A stretch of 63,557 bases of DNA, the filler included, from Octopus bimaculoides (lineage: Eukaryota): the NCBI RefSeq assembly GCF_001194135.2. It is 5 parts of 5 records of this genome, joined end to end, with 100 filler letters (N's around TTAATTAATTAA, not from the genome) between each part and the next. Parts side by side here need not be neighbours in the genome. Positions count along the whole stretch, not along the records: positions 23,181 to 38,910 come from NC_068984.1; positions 39,011 to 53,370 come from NC_069007.1; 3 more parts are not named here. One strand, written 5' to 3'. Below are positions 36,551 through 49,059 of this stretch, in pieces (the stretch's first letter is position 1; every line of letters starts with the position of its first letter). Below the pieces are notes generated by a model that saw only the letters and a list, made by a program, of their open reading frames with translations, did no database searches and was not told the origin of the DNA. Position numbers and translations under genes: made by a program.

Positions 36551-38871
36551 GATGGAAAGATAGATGTGTGAGGACGTATGAAGTAGTGGATTGAATGTTG
36601 CTTTGAAGAATGCAAGATCTTAGTTCCAATTCCTGAAACGAGTGTTGCGTTATGTTGTTGAGGAAAACTCAGCATCTCAAGGTAGTGCTCGATCATTTCC
36701 ATGGCAGACGTGTACCACACCGTGGGCCGAATCTAATCGACCAACGGCCAATTGAAGGATGGACGGATCTAATGTACAATAATAAATATTTGATTACTAT
36801 TTGAGTAGATTGTTCACCAAGAAATTGCAGAACCGTCATTCTCTTACTACGAGAGACTAGCATCATTTCAATTACACACGCACGTCCTCATGCGTACGCG
36901 CGCGCGCGAACACTCACACACACGCACACGCACACACATACACAGACACCTATGCACGGTATCAAACTTTTCGAATCTTGTTAAATATAACAATTAATTC
37001 TAAATCGTTTTTAGATTATCTGCGTAAGGGGAGTCTGGACCGACTACTTTGTACTGGCATCCAGTCGTGTGAATTCTAATAATGAAATCAGACCAAACGG
37101 TGATTATTTGAAATCAATGTAAGGGGAAATGCATATATTACGTAAGATCTTCAAAATATTTTGAGATGTTAAACTGTAGAAGATCCTACGTAATGGATTC
37201 ATTTCCTATCATATATTACGCAAACCTGAAATGTGCGTATTAAATGATTACAAAAGAGCAATATTGGGTTCGACTTCATAATTAGAGCTTGCACATATGT
37301 ATGTATGTGTGTGTATGTATANNNNNNNNNNNNNNNNNNNNNNNNNNNNNNNNNNNNNNNNNNNNNNNNNNNNNNNNNNNNNNNNNNNNNNNNNNNNNNN
37401 NNNNNNNNNNNNNNNNNNNNNNNNNNNNNNNNNNNNNNNNNNNNNNNNNNNNNNNNNNNNNNNNNNNNNNNNNNNNNNNNNNNNNNNNNNNNNNNNNNNN
37501 NNNNNNNNNNNNNNNNNNNNNNNNNNNNNNNNNNNNNNNNNNNNNNNNNNNNNNNNNNNNNNNNNNNNNNNNNNNNNNNNNNNNNNNNNNNNNNNNNNNN
37601 NNNNNNNNNNNNNNNNNNNNNNNNNNNNNNNNNNNNNNNNNNNNNNNNNNNNNNNNNNNNNNNNNNNNNNNNNNNNNNNNNNNNNNNNNNNNNNNNNNNN
37701 NNNNNNNNNNNNNNNNNNNNNNNNNNNNNNNNNNNNNNNNNNNNNNNNNNNNNNNNNNNNNNNNNNNNNNNNNNNNNNNNNNNNNNNNNNNNNNNNNNNN
37801 NNNNNNNNNNNNNNNNNNNNNNNNNNNNNNNNNNNNNNNNNNNNNNNNNNNNNNNNNNNNNNNNNNNNNNNNNNNNNNNNNNNNNNNNNNNNNNNNNNNN
37901 NNNNNNNNNNNNNNNNNNNNNNNNNNNNNNNNNNNNNNNNNNNNNNNNNNNNNNNNNNNNNNNNNNNNNNNNNNNNNNNNNNNNNNNNNNNNNNNNNNNN
38001 NNNNNNNNNNNNNNNNNNNNNNNNNNNNNNNNNNNNNNNNNNNNNNNNNNNNNNNNNNNNNNNNNNNNNNNNNNNNNNNNNNNNNNNNNNNNNNNNNNNN
38101 NNNNNNNNNNNNNNNNNNNNNNNNNNNNNNNNNNNNNNNNNNNNNNNNNNNNNNNNNNNNNNNNNNNNTATGATTTATGTTATATATATATGTGTGTGTG
38201 TGTGTGTGCGTGCGTATCCTTGCGTTTGTTGTATTTGTCTCCCCTTACTGCACAGTTGCTACTTGCGTCTCCCCCGTAATCTGGTGTTTCGGCAAAAAGT
38301 ACCCGGTACAATAAGTACCAGATTTAAAATATGAACGCTAGTCAATTTAGTAAAAAAACATAAAAGACACAACATTTATGCCTCTGTTTACTCCCCTGAA
38401 TTTTGATTATACCATACCGTGTATTTGTTATATTTACTTGACGCAGAGTCGGCGTTCATTACTCTTTATGGAGTATCATTTTACCTGCTACCCAAGCTCA
38501 GACATTTTTCTACTGAAACGTTTTGCAGAACACTATGTTTCATATAGCGGCGATAGAAGGCTTTCTTTTGGAATGTTGTGTGTCCCGTGCAGCAACTATA
38601 TACTTGCCATATTGCGGAAACTAAAAATAAGAAGCATTAGGACGAATGAATGTCAATTCAGCACAACATTCCATGTATAGGGGATTAGATATTGTTGGAA
38701 AAACTGGCAGATACATACATATAAATGTGTGTGAGTATACATATATATATATCATATATATAGATGTATATTTATGAATATATATGTGTGTATATATATA
38801 TATATGTATATATATGAATATATGTATATACATATATACATATATATATGCATATATATGCATATATATGA

Positions 38872-38903
<32 letters not shown>

Positions 38904-39010
38904 GCATATANNNNNNNNNNNNNNNNNNNNNNNNNNNNNNNNNNNNNNNNNNNNTTAATTAATTAANNNNNNNNNNNNNNNNNNNNNNNNNNNNNNNNNN
39001 NNNNNNNNNN

Positions 39011-39047
<37 letters not shown>

Positions 39048-39079
39048 ATCAACATATATAATGTTTAGATATATATATA

Positions 39080-39565
39080 TGAACAGGAAAAACTATCCAT
39101 GTATTGTAGAATAATCTGTCACCGACCAGCCATGAGAACCGAACTCACATCCCTGTCATTACGGATCAGGTGCTTTACCTTTAAACCATCTGGTGCTTTA
39201 ACTTCAAGCCTAACTGTCCAGTGACGAATTGTCCTGTAATTTTAGGATTTATAAATCTAGGTTTATAAGACGTCAAACATTACATTCAACTTATCACGAA
39301 AGTACACAAACAAAGTTTGTTTCAGAAACGTTGAAATATATTGAAATATAGAGATAAGGAAATAATTTCTTCTCAAACTCAGATTAGGAAAGAATTCATT
39401 TTCAAAAGCTAGATTTATAAATCCTAAAATTGCAGAACAATCTGTTACTGGGCAGTTTAGCTTCAAGGTAAAGCACTTGACGCATAATCATAGAGAGGTG
39501 AGTTCGAGTCTCATGGCTGGCCACTGACAGCTTTTTTGAAATATATGGATAGATTATCCTGTTCA
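39080..39565. mobile_element. Fold-back element: two long imperfect inverted arms, each with an outward-facing tRNA-like unit
   Basis: Arms 39080-39260 and 39409-39565 are reverse complements by eye, with many mismatches. Right arm 39450-39523 folds tRNA-like (GTGAG-TTCGAGT-CTCAT T arm, CGCATAA loop). Confidence 0.75.
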
Positions 39566-39799
39566 TGCTATTATAATAACATTATCCTTCGTTTGAGAAT
39601 AGATTATTTCCTGATATTTATCTTTCAATACATCACAGCGCTTCTAAAGCAAACTTTGTATATTTTTATCGTAAGCTGACTATATATATATATATATAAC
39701 TAAATGTAGAAAATACAGGATGAAACAAATGTATTCAGTTAGACGTACACAATAAATATATACCAAGTTAACGCACAGTGAAATTTTAAGTAAGAGAAG

Positions 39800-39829
39800 A
39801 CAGAACATTTCAAGCGCTTCGTCGGAAGG
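39800..39829 (-). ncRNA. Degenerate hammerhead-like motif (CCGACGA core) in a PLE-tail-like segment
   Basis: CCGACGA-AGCGCTT-GAAAT GT T. Stem I is absent and GAAAC reads GAAAT. Confidence 0.3.
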
Positions 39830-39891
39830 ACGAAAATGAACAGGGACGAGGCGGCAACCCGGAGAAAAGCACGCCTGTCTGTGAGTGGCCA

Positions 39892-39925
<34 letters not shown>

Positions 39926-40259
39926 NNNNNNNNNNNNNNNNNNNNNNNNNNNNNNNNNNNNNNNNNNNNNNNNNNNNNNNNNNNNNNNNNNNNNNNNNNN
40001 NNNNNNNNNNNNNNNNNNNNNNNNNNNNNNNNNNNNNNNNNNNNNNNNNNNNNNNNNNNNNNNNNNNNNNNNNNNNNNNNNNNNNNNNNNNNNNNNNNNN
40101 NNNNNNNNNNNNNNNNNNNNNNNNNNNNNNNNNNNNNNNNNNNNNNNNNNNNNNNNNNNNNNNNNNNNNNNNNNNNNNNNNNNNNNNNNNNNNNNNNNNN
40201 NNNNNNNNNNNNNNNNNNNNNNNNNNNNNNNNNNNNNNNNNNNNNNNNNNNNNNNNNNN

Positions 40260-40302
<43 letters not shown>

Positions 40303-40304
40303 TA

Positions 40305-40721
40305 TATTCTTTCACTTGTTTGAGTCATTTGACTGAGGCCATGCTGGAGTACCGCTCTGAAGGGTTTCAGTCGAAGAAATCGATCCCAGGAAATATTTTT
40401 TCTAAGCTTAGTACTTATTACATCGTACCCTTTCGCCTAACCGCTATGTTATAGGGACGTAAGCACACCAGTTTCGGTTGTCAAACGATGGTGGTGGGTA
40501 GACATACATACTAACAAAGACACACACGCATAAATACATAAATACATATATACATATACGATGGGCTTCTTTCTGTTTCCATCTACCAAATCAACTCAGG
40601 AGGCTTTGATCAACCCGAGGATTTACTAGCGACAGTTGCCCAATGTGCCACACAGTGGGACTGAACCCCGAAACATGTGATTTAGAAGCAAGCTTCTTAC
40701 CACGCAGCTACGACTGCACCT
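40305..40721 (-). mobile_element. SINE A, full length, diverged
   Basis: Tail CACTTGTTTGAGTCATTTGACTGAGGCCATGCTGG through head CACAGTGGGACTGAACCC. Confidence 0.88.
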
Positions 40722-41194
40722 ATATATACTTATATATGAACGAATGTTATGCTGCATATGACTGTGTGTCTGCTGTGTTATGATTTACTGAGTTTTACCG
40801 CCATGGCTTTTAGTCAGTGCCATGATGTCACACAGCGCTAAACCCACGTAAACAAACAATTAAACATGCACACACACACACACACAAATATACTCACACA
40901 TACACTCACACACACGCATCAACAGTCACGTACGCATATAAATGCCCAAACACACTACATCATAAATACTCAAGTATTTGCTTCAATACGTCCGTCACTC
41001 AAAGAGGACCTCTTATTGACAACGACTGAAGACTTATTCGGTGATTGAGAGACAAGATTTAATGATGTTACAGTCTAATATACACCCCATTCTACATACA
41101 CCCCTGTTCGTGCATATACAACTATGCATACATAAATACATTCATCCATAAATACACCGTATGTGTGTGGATGTGTGTGTGTGCGTCTCTCTCT

Positions 41195-41243
<49 letters not shown>

Positions 41244-44200
41244 TATATATGTACGTTAGTTCAAGTAAGGATACATGAATAATGAAATTCTATATGTGTG
41301 TATAGTGCGTGAGTGTGTGACTTTCTGTTGATGTATGTGTATGTGTGTATGTATGTATATGTATGTCTGTGAGCGCATTCATGTGTATGTGTGCGTTCTG
41401 TACAATGCTTGAGAGTAATAATTTAGAAAAGCGAGATTGCCTCTATAAATACTAATTAGAAAAAATCACTCGTTTGTGATGATTGTTCAAACCAGCAGTA
41501 CTAATTAATTCTGAAACTTGATGTAACTCTACACACGTATGTATATGGGCATATATACATATGTACATATATATATATNNNNNNNNNNNNNNNNNNNNNN
41601 NNNNNNNNNNNNNNNNNNNNNNNNNNNNNNNNNNNNNNNNNNNNNNNNNNNNNNNNNNNNNNNNNNNNNNNNNNNNNNNNNNNNNNNNNNNNNNNNNNNN
41701 NNNNNNNNNNNNNNNNNNNNNNNNNNNNNNNNNNNNNNNNNNNNNNNNNNNNNNNNNNNNNNNNNNNNNNNNNNNNNNNNNNNNNNNNNNNNNNNNNNNN
41801 NNNNNNNNNNNNNNNNNNNNNNNNNNNNNNNNNNNNNNNNNNNNNNNNNNNNNNNNNNNNNNNNNNNNNNNNNNNNNNNNNNNNNNNNNNNNNNNNNNNN
41901 NNNNNNNNNNNNNNNNNNNNNNNNNNNNNNNNNNNNNNNNNNNNNNNNNNNNNNNNNNNNNNNNNNNNNNNNNNNNNNNNNNNNNNNNNNNNNNNNNNNN
42001 NNNNNNNNNNNNNNNNNNNNNNNNNNNNNNNNNNNNNNNNNNNNNNNNNNNNNNNNNNNNNNNNNNNNNNNNNNNNNNNNNNNNNNNNNNNNNNNNNNNN
42101 NNNNNNNNNNNNNNNNNNNNNNNNNNNNNNNNNNNNNNNNNNNNNNNNNNNNNNNNNNNNNNNNNNNNNNNNNNNNNNNNNNNNNNNNNNNNNNNNNNNN
42201 NNNNNNNNNNNNNNNNNNNNNNNNNNNNNNNNNNNNNNNNNNNNNNNNNNNNNNNNNNNNNNNNNNNNNNNNNNNNNNNNNNNNNNNNNNNNNNNNNNNN
42301 NNNNNNNNNNNNNNNNNNNNNNNNNNNNNNNNNNNNNNNNNNNNNNNNNNNNNNNNNNNNNNNNNNNNNNNNNNNNNNNNNNNNNNNNNNNNNNNNNNNN
42401 NNNNNNNNNNNNNNNNNNNNNNNNNNNNNNNNNNNNNATATATATATATGTATATATATATACATATATATATTTGCAACTTCCTTTATCAGATTTCCTG
42501 ACAGTCTATCACGAACATTCCAGTCTTTGCTATGACTTCAAAATGCATCCGCTGGTCGGACTTTTGTTTGGGGAGCCATTATTTTTGGGCACATAGAATG
42601 ATTTCTTAACACTTTTTGTTCCCAGGTCTATTCTGACCCGGAGTAGTAGCATCCACCAAAGTCCCAGCTATCGGTTACGTAGAATGTCACGGAATTGCCC
42701 CCAGAACATGGTTTTTCACTGATACCACATAAGACCTTGGACAGATAAGGACCTTCTGCCCTTTAGTTGTTAATCTAAGAGAAGACAATTCAGTACACAT
42801 CCTGCCTCTTATACTTGTTCACCGAACCAATGCAAATCTCAAGGACGAAAGAGCGGGACTGTCTCAGCACCAAACATATTCCCTATAAAAGCATTCGTCA
42901 CGCGGGTCCATCATCAAACCAAGACACCAGCACTAACACCACCATCAGAATATTCTTCAGAAGAAAGAGTGGTGATTGAGTCGAAGACTGTGTTGTGCAT
43001 CTATCTCAGAGAATGTAACTCCTTAGAAATTCTACATCCTTATAACTGCTGGGCTCATGGAATATGTTGCGCCAAACCAAGAAAGAAAATAGGAATGGAT
43101 CTCCACAAGTCATGCCCTGTATAATAATATTCACATGCAGGTTGATTTGCAAACCAAGATATTGGCACCAACACCAAAACCAACACCATCACATTTTGTA
43201 TCATAAATCCGGTGTTGGCAGGAAAAAAAAGTGACGGTAATAGGCAGAGCATTCTAAAGAGAATCTACGCAACATGAAACCAATGGCAGTGCGACGTTTC
43301 TTTTGTGGTTTAGTTTATATGAGTGTATATATATACTTATACACATACGCACACACACACACACACATACACACACACACACATGCACAGATATAACGAT
43401 ATTTGCTCAGATTGAAAGATCGAAACGAAAAACTATATTTTATACATACATAAATACATATATCAAGGCATTTTGATTTTACAACATTTTAATAACAACA
43501 AAAATAGCGATTATGAAAGAGATGGGACGTCTGACTGTAATCCAAATTCGCACAAATTTGTACAGCGGATGGTTACACCACATGTATATTAACAGTTCTG
43601 CGTTAGCCGTTATGCATAGTAATTCTCTAGAGCTGATGGTGGCAATTTCATAAGAAATTATCCTATATTCTATCAAGTTGTTTTGTTGGTTGCAAGTCAC
43701 TTAATGTGTGACGTCACCAGTGTTTCTGTCTGTTGCACATCAAAAATACAAACATGTCGGTGTTAGCTTTAACTTTTGTTCGTCATTTTGTGAGGGTGTT
43801 TTAAGCGTTAAGAATATCAGATTTTACAGTCAAACAATAATTGAATGATTTTGGAATATTAAGATATTAATCTGCTATTTTCTTTGTAGACGAGGCAATA
43901 TGGGTGGATTCACTCTTATTTTTCTTTCCAAGAATGTACTTAAAGAGCGATTTAATGTTTCCTTTGTGACAGATTTTCGGGTATAATTGGTTCTTAAGTA
44001 AATACCCTGATAAACCGAACTAAGTCATTTTTCCTCATTATCTTCAGAAATCAAATCAGCGTCCGCATTATTATGGCTGTCTTTCCTTTCGTTCGTATCA
44101 ATTTTGATAAAACATCGTGTGTTTAGGTAATGAAATGATATTTCGTATACAATCTGCTGTGGTGGTAGATTTTTAACTGCTTGTTATAGGAAAAGAAAGA

Positions 44201-44641
44201 ACGGGAGATCGATCACGTAGAACACGAATTCCAACACGAACGTTAGCAATACTACGTATAGAATACTTTATGAACCCTCGACGTCGTACGCGACGGAGTG
44301 CCAACAATGTTCAGAATAACAGAAATAGTAGCTAAACTACCCTCAGATCACATATCAATCTTTTAAATAAGATACCAAATGTTACATTTCAGAGTTCGTA
44401 CATACAATCTGTCTCAAAGAAGAAAAAGCCTAGAGCGCCACGGCTGGAAATCCTTTAGGCAAGGATCTTCTTGTACGATTCCATGTGGGTGATCCGGGTG
44501 ATCTGTAATCACTATGTAGATAACACGAATAGTGTTAAATTGCTTTCATAAAAATCGAGGCTAAAAGCAGTATGAAATCCATCCTTGTTGGCAACATAGC
44601 TATTTACACAGCGCACATTAAACACCATTTCCAAAACCATT

Positions 44642-44967
44642 TTTGCTATATCTCTATTAAAATTCGCTGCCTTTGTTTTATTCACTTTTAGAAATATTAA
44701 AGAATTTATTCAAATAACTTTGTGGTTATTAAGCTGGTGTTTGGCACATAAATTAAAATGAAATTTCGATGAAAAGTTTTAACTAAGATTTACTTTATCT
44801 TTTTGTTAGCATATTTCTTTTGAAATTCACTGCTTTTGTTTCAAGCAAATAATTCTGAAAGTAATGAAGAATTTACAAAAATGTTTTTTTCTCATTAACA
44901 AGGTGTTTGCAAGAACGTTGAATTAACATGGAATTCTGATGGAGAAAGTCAATTTAGATCACGTGAA
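44642..44967. repeat. Two diverged tandem copies of a ~160-bp AT-rich unit
   Basis: ...GAAGAATTTA...GGTGTTTG...AATTAA(A/C)ATG(A/G)AATT..GATG occurs at 44642-44797 and 44802-44967. Confidence 0.65.
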
Positions 44968-45082
44968 GGTAGTCAATGTGTATTATAAGACAAGGGGCTG
45001 TCTCAGGAAGGCTCATATCAACGGAGATGAAGCGCTCCATTATTGGAGACGCAAAGTTGGGACTAGACGAGCCCGAATCTAT

Positions 45083-45445
45083 ATTCTTTTATTCTTTAGT
45101 TGCTTCGGTCATTTGAGAGCAGCCATGCTGGAGCAACGCCTTGAAGGGTTTACGTCGAACAAATAATCCCGAGGACTTGCTTATTAATGTTAGTACTTGT
45201 TTTATCGGACTCTTCGACGCACCGCCAATTTACAGGGACGTAAACATACCAACATCGGTTGTCAAGCTGTGATGGGGAACAAGCACACACACACACACAC
45301 ACACACCTACGACAATCGTCTTTCAGTTTCCGCCTACCAAGTTTGGTCGGTCCAAGGCTATAGTAGAAGACGGCTGCCCAAGGTGCCACGCAGTGGGACT
45401 GAACCTGGAACCATGTCGTTATGAAGATAGCTCCATACCTGAGCG
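45083..45445 (-). mobile_element. SINE A, diverged
   Basis: GCCCAAGGTGCCACGCAGTGGGACTGAACC and family tail. Confidence 0.85.
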
Positions 45446-45777
45446 GGGAACGATGTCTTTAGAACCTCTATACATGTTAAGGCCAAGCTGCTTTTCTCAC
45501 CCTGTTNNNNNNNNNNNNNNNNNNNNNNNNNNNNNNNNNNNNNNNNNNNNNNNNNNNNNNNNNNNNNNNNNNNNNNNNNNNNNNNNNNNNNNNNNNNNNN
45601 NNNNNNNNNNNNNNNNNNNNNNNNNNNNNNNNNNNNNNNNNNNNNNNNNNNNNNNNNNNNNNNNNNNNNNNNNNNNNNNNNNNNNNNNNNNNNNNNNNNN
45701 NNNNNNNNNNNNNNNNNNNNNNNNNNNNNNNNNNNNNNNNNNNNNNNNNNNNNNNNNNNNNNNNNNNNNNNNNNNNN

Positions 45778-46091
45778 GTGAAATTAACGTTCAAGTGGCT
45801 GAGCACTCCACAGACACGTGTACCCTTAACGTAGTTCTCGGGAATATTCAGCGTGACAGTGTGACAAGGCTGACCCCTTTGAATTACAGGCACAACAGAA
45901 ACAGGAAGTAAGAGTGAGAGAAAGTTGTGGTGAAAGAGTACAGCAGGGTTCGCCACCGTCTCCTGCTGGAGCCTCGTGGTGCTTTTAGGTGTTTTCGCTC
46001 AATAAATCCTCACAACGCCCGGTCTGGGAATCGAAACCGCGATCCTATGACCGCGAGTCCGCTGCCCTAACCACTGGGCCATTGCGCCTCC
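45778..46091 (-). mobile_element. SINE C, intact head, 3' end in a gap
   Basis: GGAGGCGCAATGGCCCAGTGGTTAGGGCAGCGGACTCGCGG...GGTTTCGATTCCCAGACC (A and B boxes). Confidence 0.92.
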
Positions 46092-46904
46092 ACTCTCACC
46101 CTGTATCTCTCTCTGTCTCTCTTTTAATTTACACAAACACAAATTGCAATCTGTCCCTCTCCACCTTTCCTTTCCTAACAACCAGCGTAGGAACAGGTTG
46201 GCGAATGAGATACACTGAACAAATCGAAAATAAAGTTACTTACTTGTGTACGCGCGGAGGTTGTTTAAATTGAATTTCAGCACCGAAAGAAGAAATTCAA
46301 ACAATTAAATTACAAGTGAATAAATCCCGTTCAAAATTAACGTGCAGAACGGGAACCAAGGGTCGGGCAGGTATTTCATATTATTGATATTACCTAGATA
46401 TATAGCCTACTTTGTTCAGTTTAAAAGACGATGGTTACGAAAATCGCGGGGGAGTTTGATAGAAATTTACCTCCTAGCGAACGAAATAAAATCGATACAA
46501 TTCAAAATTGCACTCACCTTATTCTGTATTAAACGTGATCGACTGGATTCAGATACATAATATATATTATTTATATTATTTAGAAATATATCTTCTTATA
46601 ATGATATGTATGCATGTACGTATATCTGAATGTGCGCGTGTCTTTTCGTCTGTTTGAATGTATGCGTTATATATAATTGCAACGGTAAGCAAGGATATCA
46701 AAAGAACGCTACTGATTCCTCGGTTCCCGTTCTGCGTTTCATCTTCTCTTGATGGAGGAAGGAATACCTTTTTTTTTTTTTAACGGATGCTTTAATTTCT
46801 TTTGTAGAAAGTTGGTGTGTGCTTTAAGAAGAAAATGTAATAGATGTACGAATTCTTACAGAACACTTTACTGTGATATATACATAGATGTATATATGTG
46901 AGTG

Positions 46905-46946
<42 letters not shown>

Positions 46947-47054
46947 TACATACACATACACACACACATATATATATACATATAAACATATGCACATGTA
47001 CATATACAGACATACAAACGCATAACAATAAACATACATATACATTTGTGTGTG

Positions 47055-47091
<37 letters not shown>

Positions 47092-47210
47092 GTANNNNNN
47101 NNNNNNNNNNNNNNNNNNNNNNNNNNNNNNNNNNNNNNNNNNNNNNNNNNNNNNNNNNNNNNNNNNNNNNNNNNNNNNNNNNNNNNNNNNNNNNNNNNNN
47201 NNNNNNNNNN

Positions 47211-47285
<75 letters not shown>

Positions 47286-47900
47286 ATAATATATGTATAT
47301 GTATGTAGTTCTGTATCGATTTCTGTATAAATGAGACATAATGCTGTACTATATTATGATGTTTTGTTGATTAAGATGAATGGAAATCTATTTCATGTGC
47401 AAAATCATGAAACTTTGAAGAAGCCTTGTTTGATCTAAGACAGAGAACTGAAAGCTGAGTGGTGAGTTCAGCCAGTGAATAATGCATAATGAATACTGAA
47501 TATTGAATAATGACTTTCGAGTGATAAAATTACAATAGTAACATGTGCGCGTTCACATTGGATGTGGTAGTCAACAAAACATAGATTTTTAGTTATTTTG
47601 AGGATTGTGTGTACACATTCTACTTGTCTTTTTCAGTTAAAGAATGTTGGTCAGGTATAGATGTCTATCTCTTTGTATCGCTTCCTTATCAGTTCACTCT
47701 AATCATTTCCCCTATGGTCTCATCCGTTCTTCTTTATAAAATGTGCTGTTTTATATCACATACACACTAGCAAAATACTTAGTGCGTCAAATACATTTAG
47801 TAATTATACATTTTATCGTTGAATAAAATGTATTATTCTTTGGTTAATGGAAACTTACATGTCAATTGTTTCATTTAATGATAATGTTTTGCACACAATA

Positions 47901-48115
47901 AGGCGCTGAGATGGTAGAATCGTTACGCCGTCGGGAAAAAATAATTTGTGGAAGTTCTTCCAACTCTGCGTTTTGAGTTCAAATGCTGCCGACGTCGAGT
48001 TTGCCTTTTATTCAATCCGGGTCGCGAAAATAAGTATGAATTGAGCACTGGGGTTTATCTAATCGACTCAATCCCTCCCTTAAAATTGCTGGCCTTGCGT
48101 CGAAATTTGAAATTA
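47901..48115 (+). mobile_element. SINE B, diverged
   Basis: GGTAGAATCGTTACGCCG...TTTTGAGTTCAAATGCTGCCGACGTCGAGTTTGCC. Confidence 0.8.
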
Positions 48116-48216
48116 ATATTTTACATACATTTACAATTCATAGTGTTCAACCTTTCATTACACCATGGCCCCCAAATATTTTCTCCACTGAAGTGGGTAA
48201 ATAATTATGCTTAAAC

Positions 48217-48620
48217 AGGCGCAGAATTGGTTGTATGGTAAGTAGCTTGCTTCCCAACCACATGGTTCCTAATTCAGTCCCACTCCGTGGCACTTTGGGC
48301 AGGTATTTTCTACTATATCCTCGGGCCGACCAAAGCCTTGTTAGTGGATTTGGCAGACGGAAACTGAAAGAAGCCCTCGTAAATGCATGTATGTATATAT
48401 TTATGTGTGTCTCTTTGTATCTGTATTTGCACCCCCACCATCACTTGACAACTGATGTTGGTGTGCTTACGTCCTCTAACTTAGCGGTTCGAAAAAGAAA
48501 CCGAGAGAATAAGTGCTAGGCTTACAATGAATATGTCCTGGAGTTGATTTGTTCGACTAAAAGCCTTTAAGGCGATGCTCCAGCATAGCCGCAGTCAAAT
48601 AAATTAAACGAGTAAAAGAA
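48217..48620 (+). mobile_element. SINE A, full length
   Basis: AGGCGCAGAATTGGTTGTATGGTAAGTAG through GAGTAAAAGA tail. Confidence 0.9.
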
Positions 48621-48819
48621 TCAAAGAAGAAAATAATATATGTATAAGCCTCAACCGATAGTTGACGATATTGTGTGCTGCAGATTACAACACTAGATTT
48701 GCAGTTAATCTGGTGATTAGCTGTACATGTTCTGAAAGGAGGACATTAGTATGTAAGTGACTTCATCGACCTGTCTGTTTTTTCGAGGCATATTGATTTT
48801 AGTAGCATTATGTACTTTA

Positions 48820-49025
48820 AGACGAGTGAGTCGAGACAATCGTTAGCACGCCGAGTAAAATGCTTAGAAGTATTTTTTTCCTTTTATACGTTCTGAGTTC
48901 AAATTGTGCAGATGTCGGTCTTACCTCTCGTTCTTTCAAGGTCGATAACATTAGTACCTGTTGACTACTGGGGTCGATGTAATTGACTTACATTTGCTCC
49001 CGAAATTGCTGGCCTTGTGCAAACA
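48820..49025 (+). mobile_element. SINE B, diverged
   Basis: CGTTAGCACGCCGAG...CGTTCTGAGTTCAAATT...GGCCTTGTGC. Confidence 0.82.
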
Positions 49026-49059
49026 TTATTAGGTCGTCAAGTATGAAATTCGCAGAAAA

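Noticed and set aside
39450-39523. Functional tRNA-Met gene (and tRNA genes at the SINE heads)
   Set aside because: The acceptor and anticodon stems are mismatched, the sister arm has a different loop, and it is embedded in a repeat; treated as tRNA-derived.
42480-43300. Possible decayed CR1/L2-type LINE
   Set aside because: Only a faint VPxSIL-like resemblance; I could not recover ordered RT motifs.
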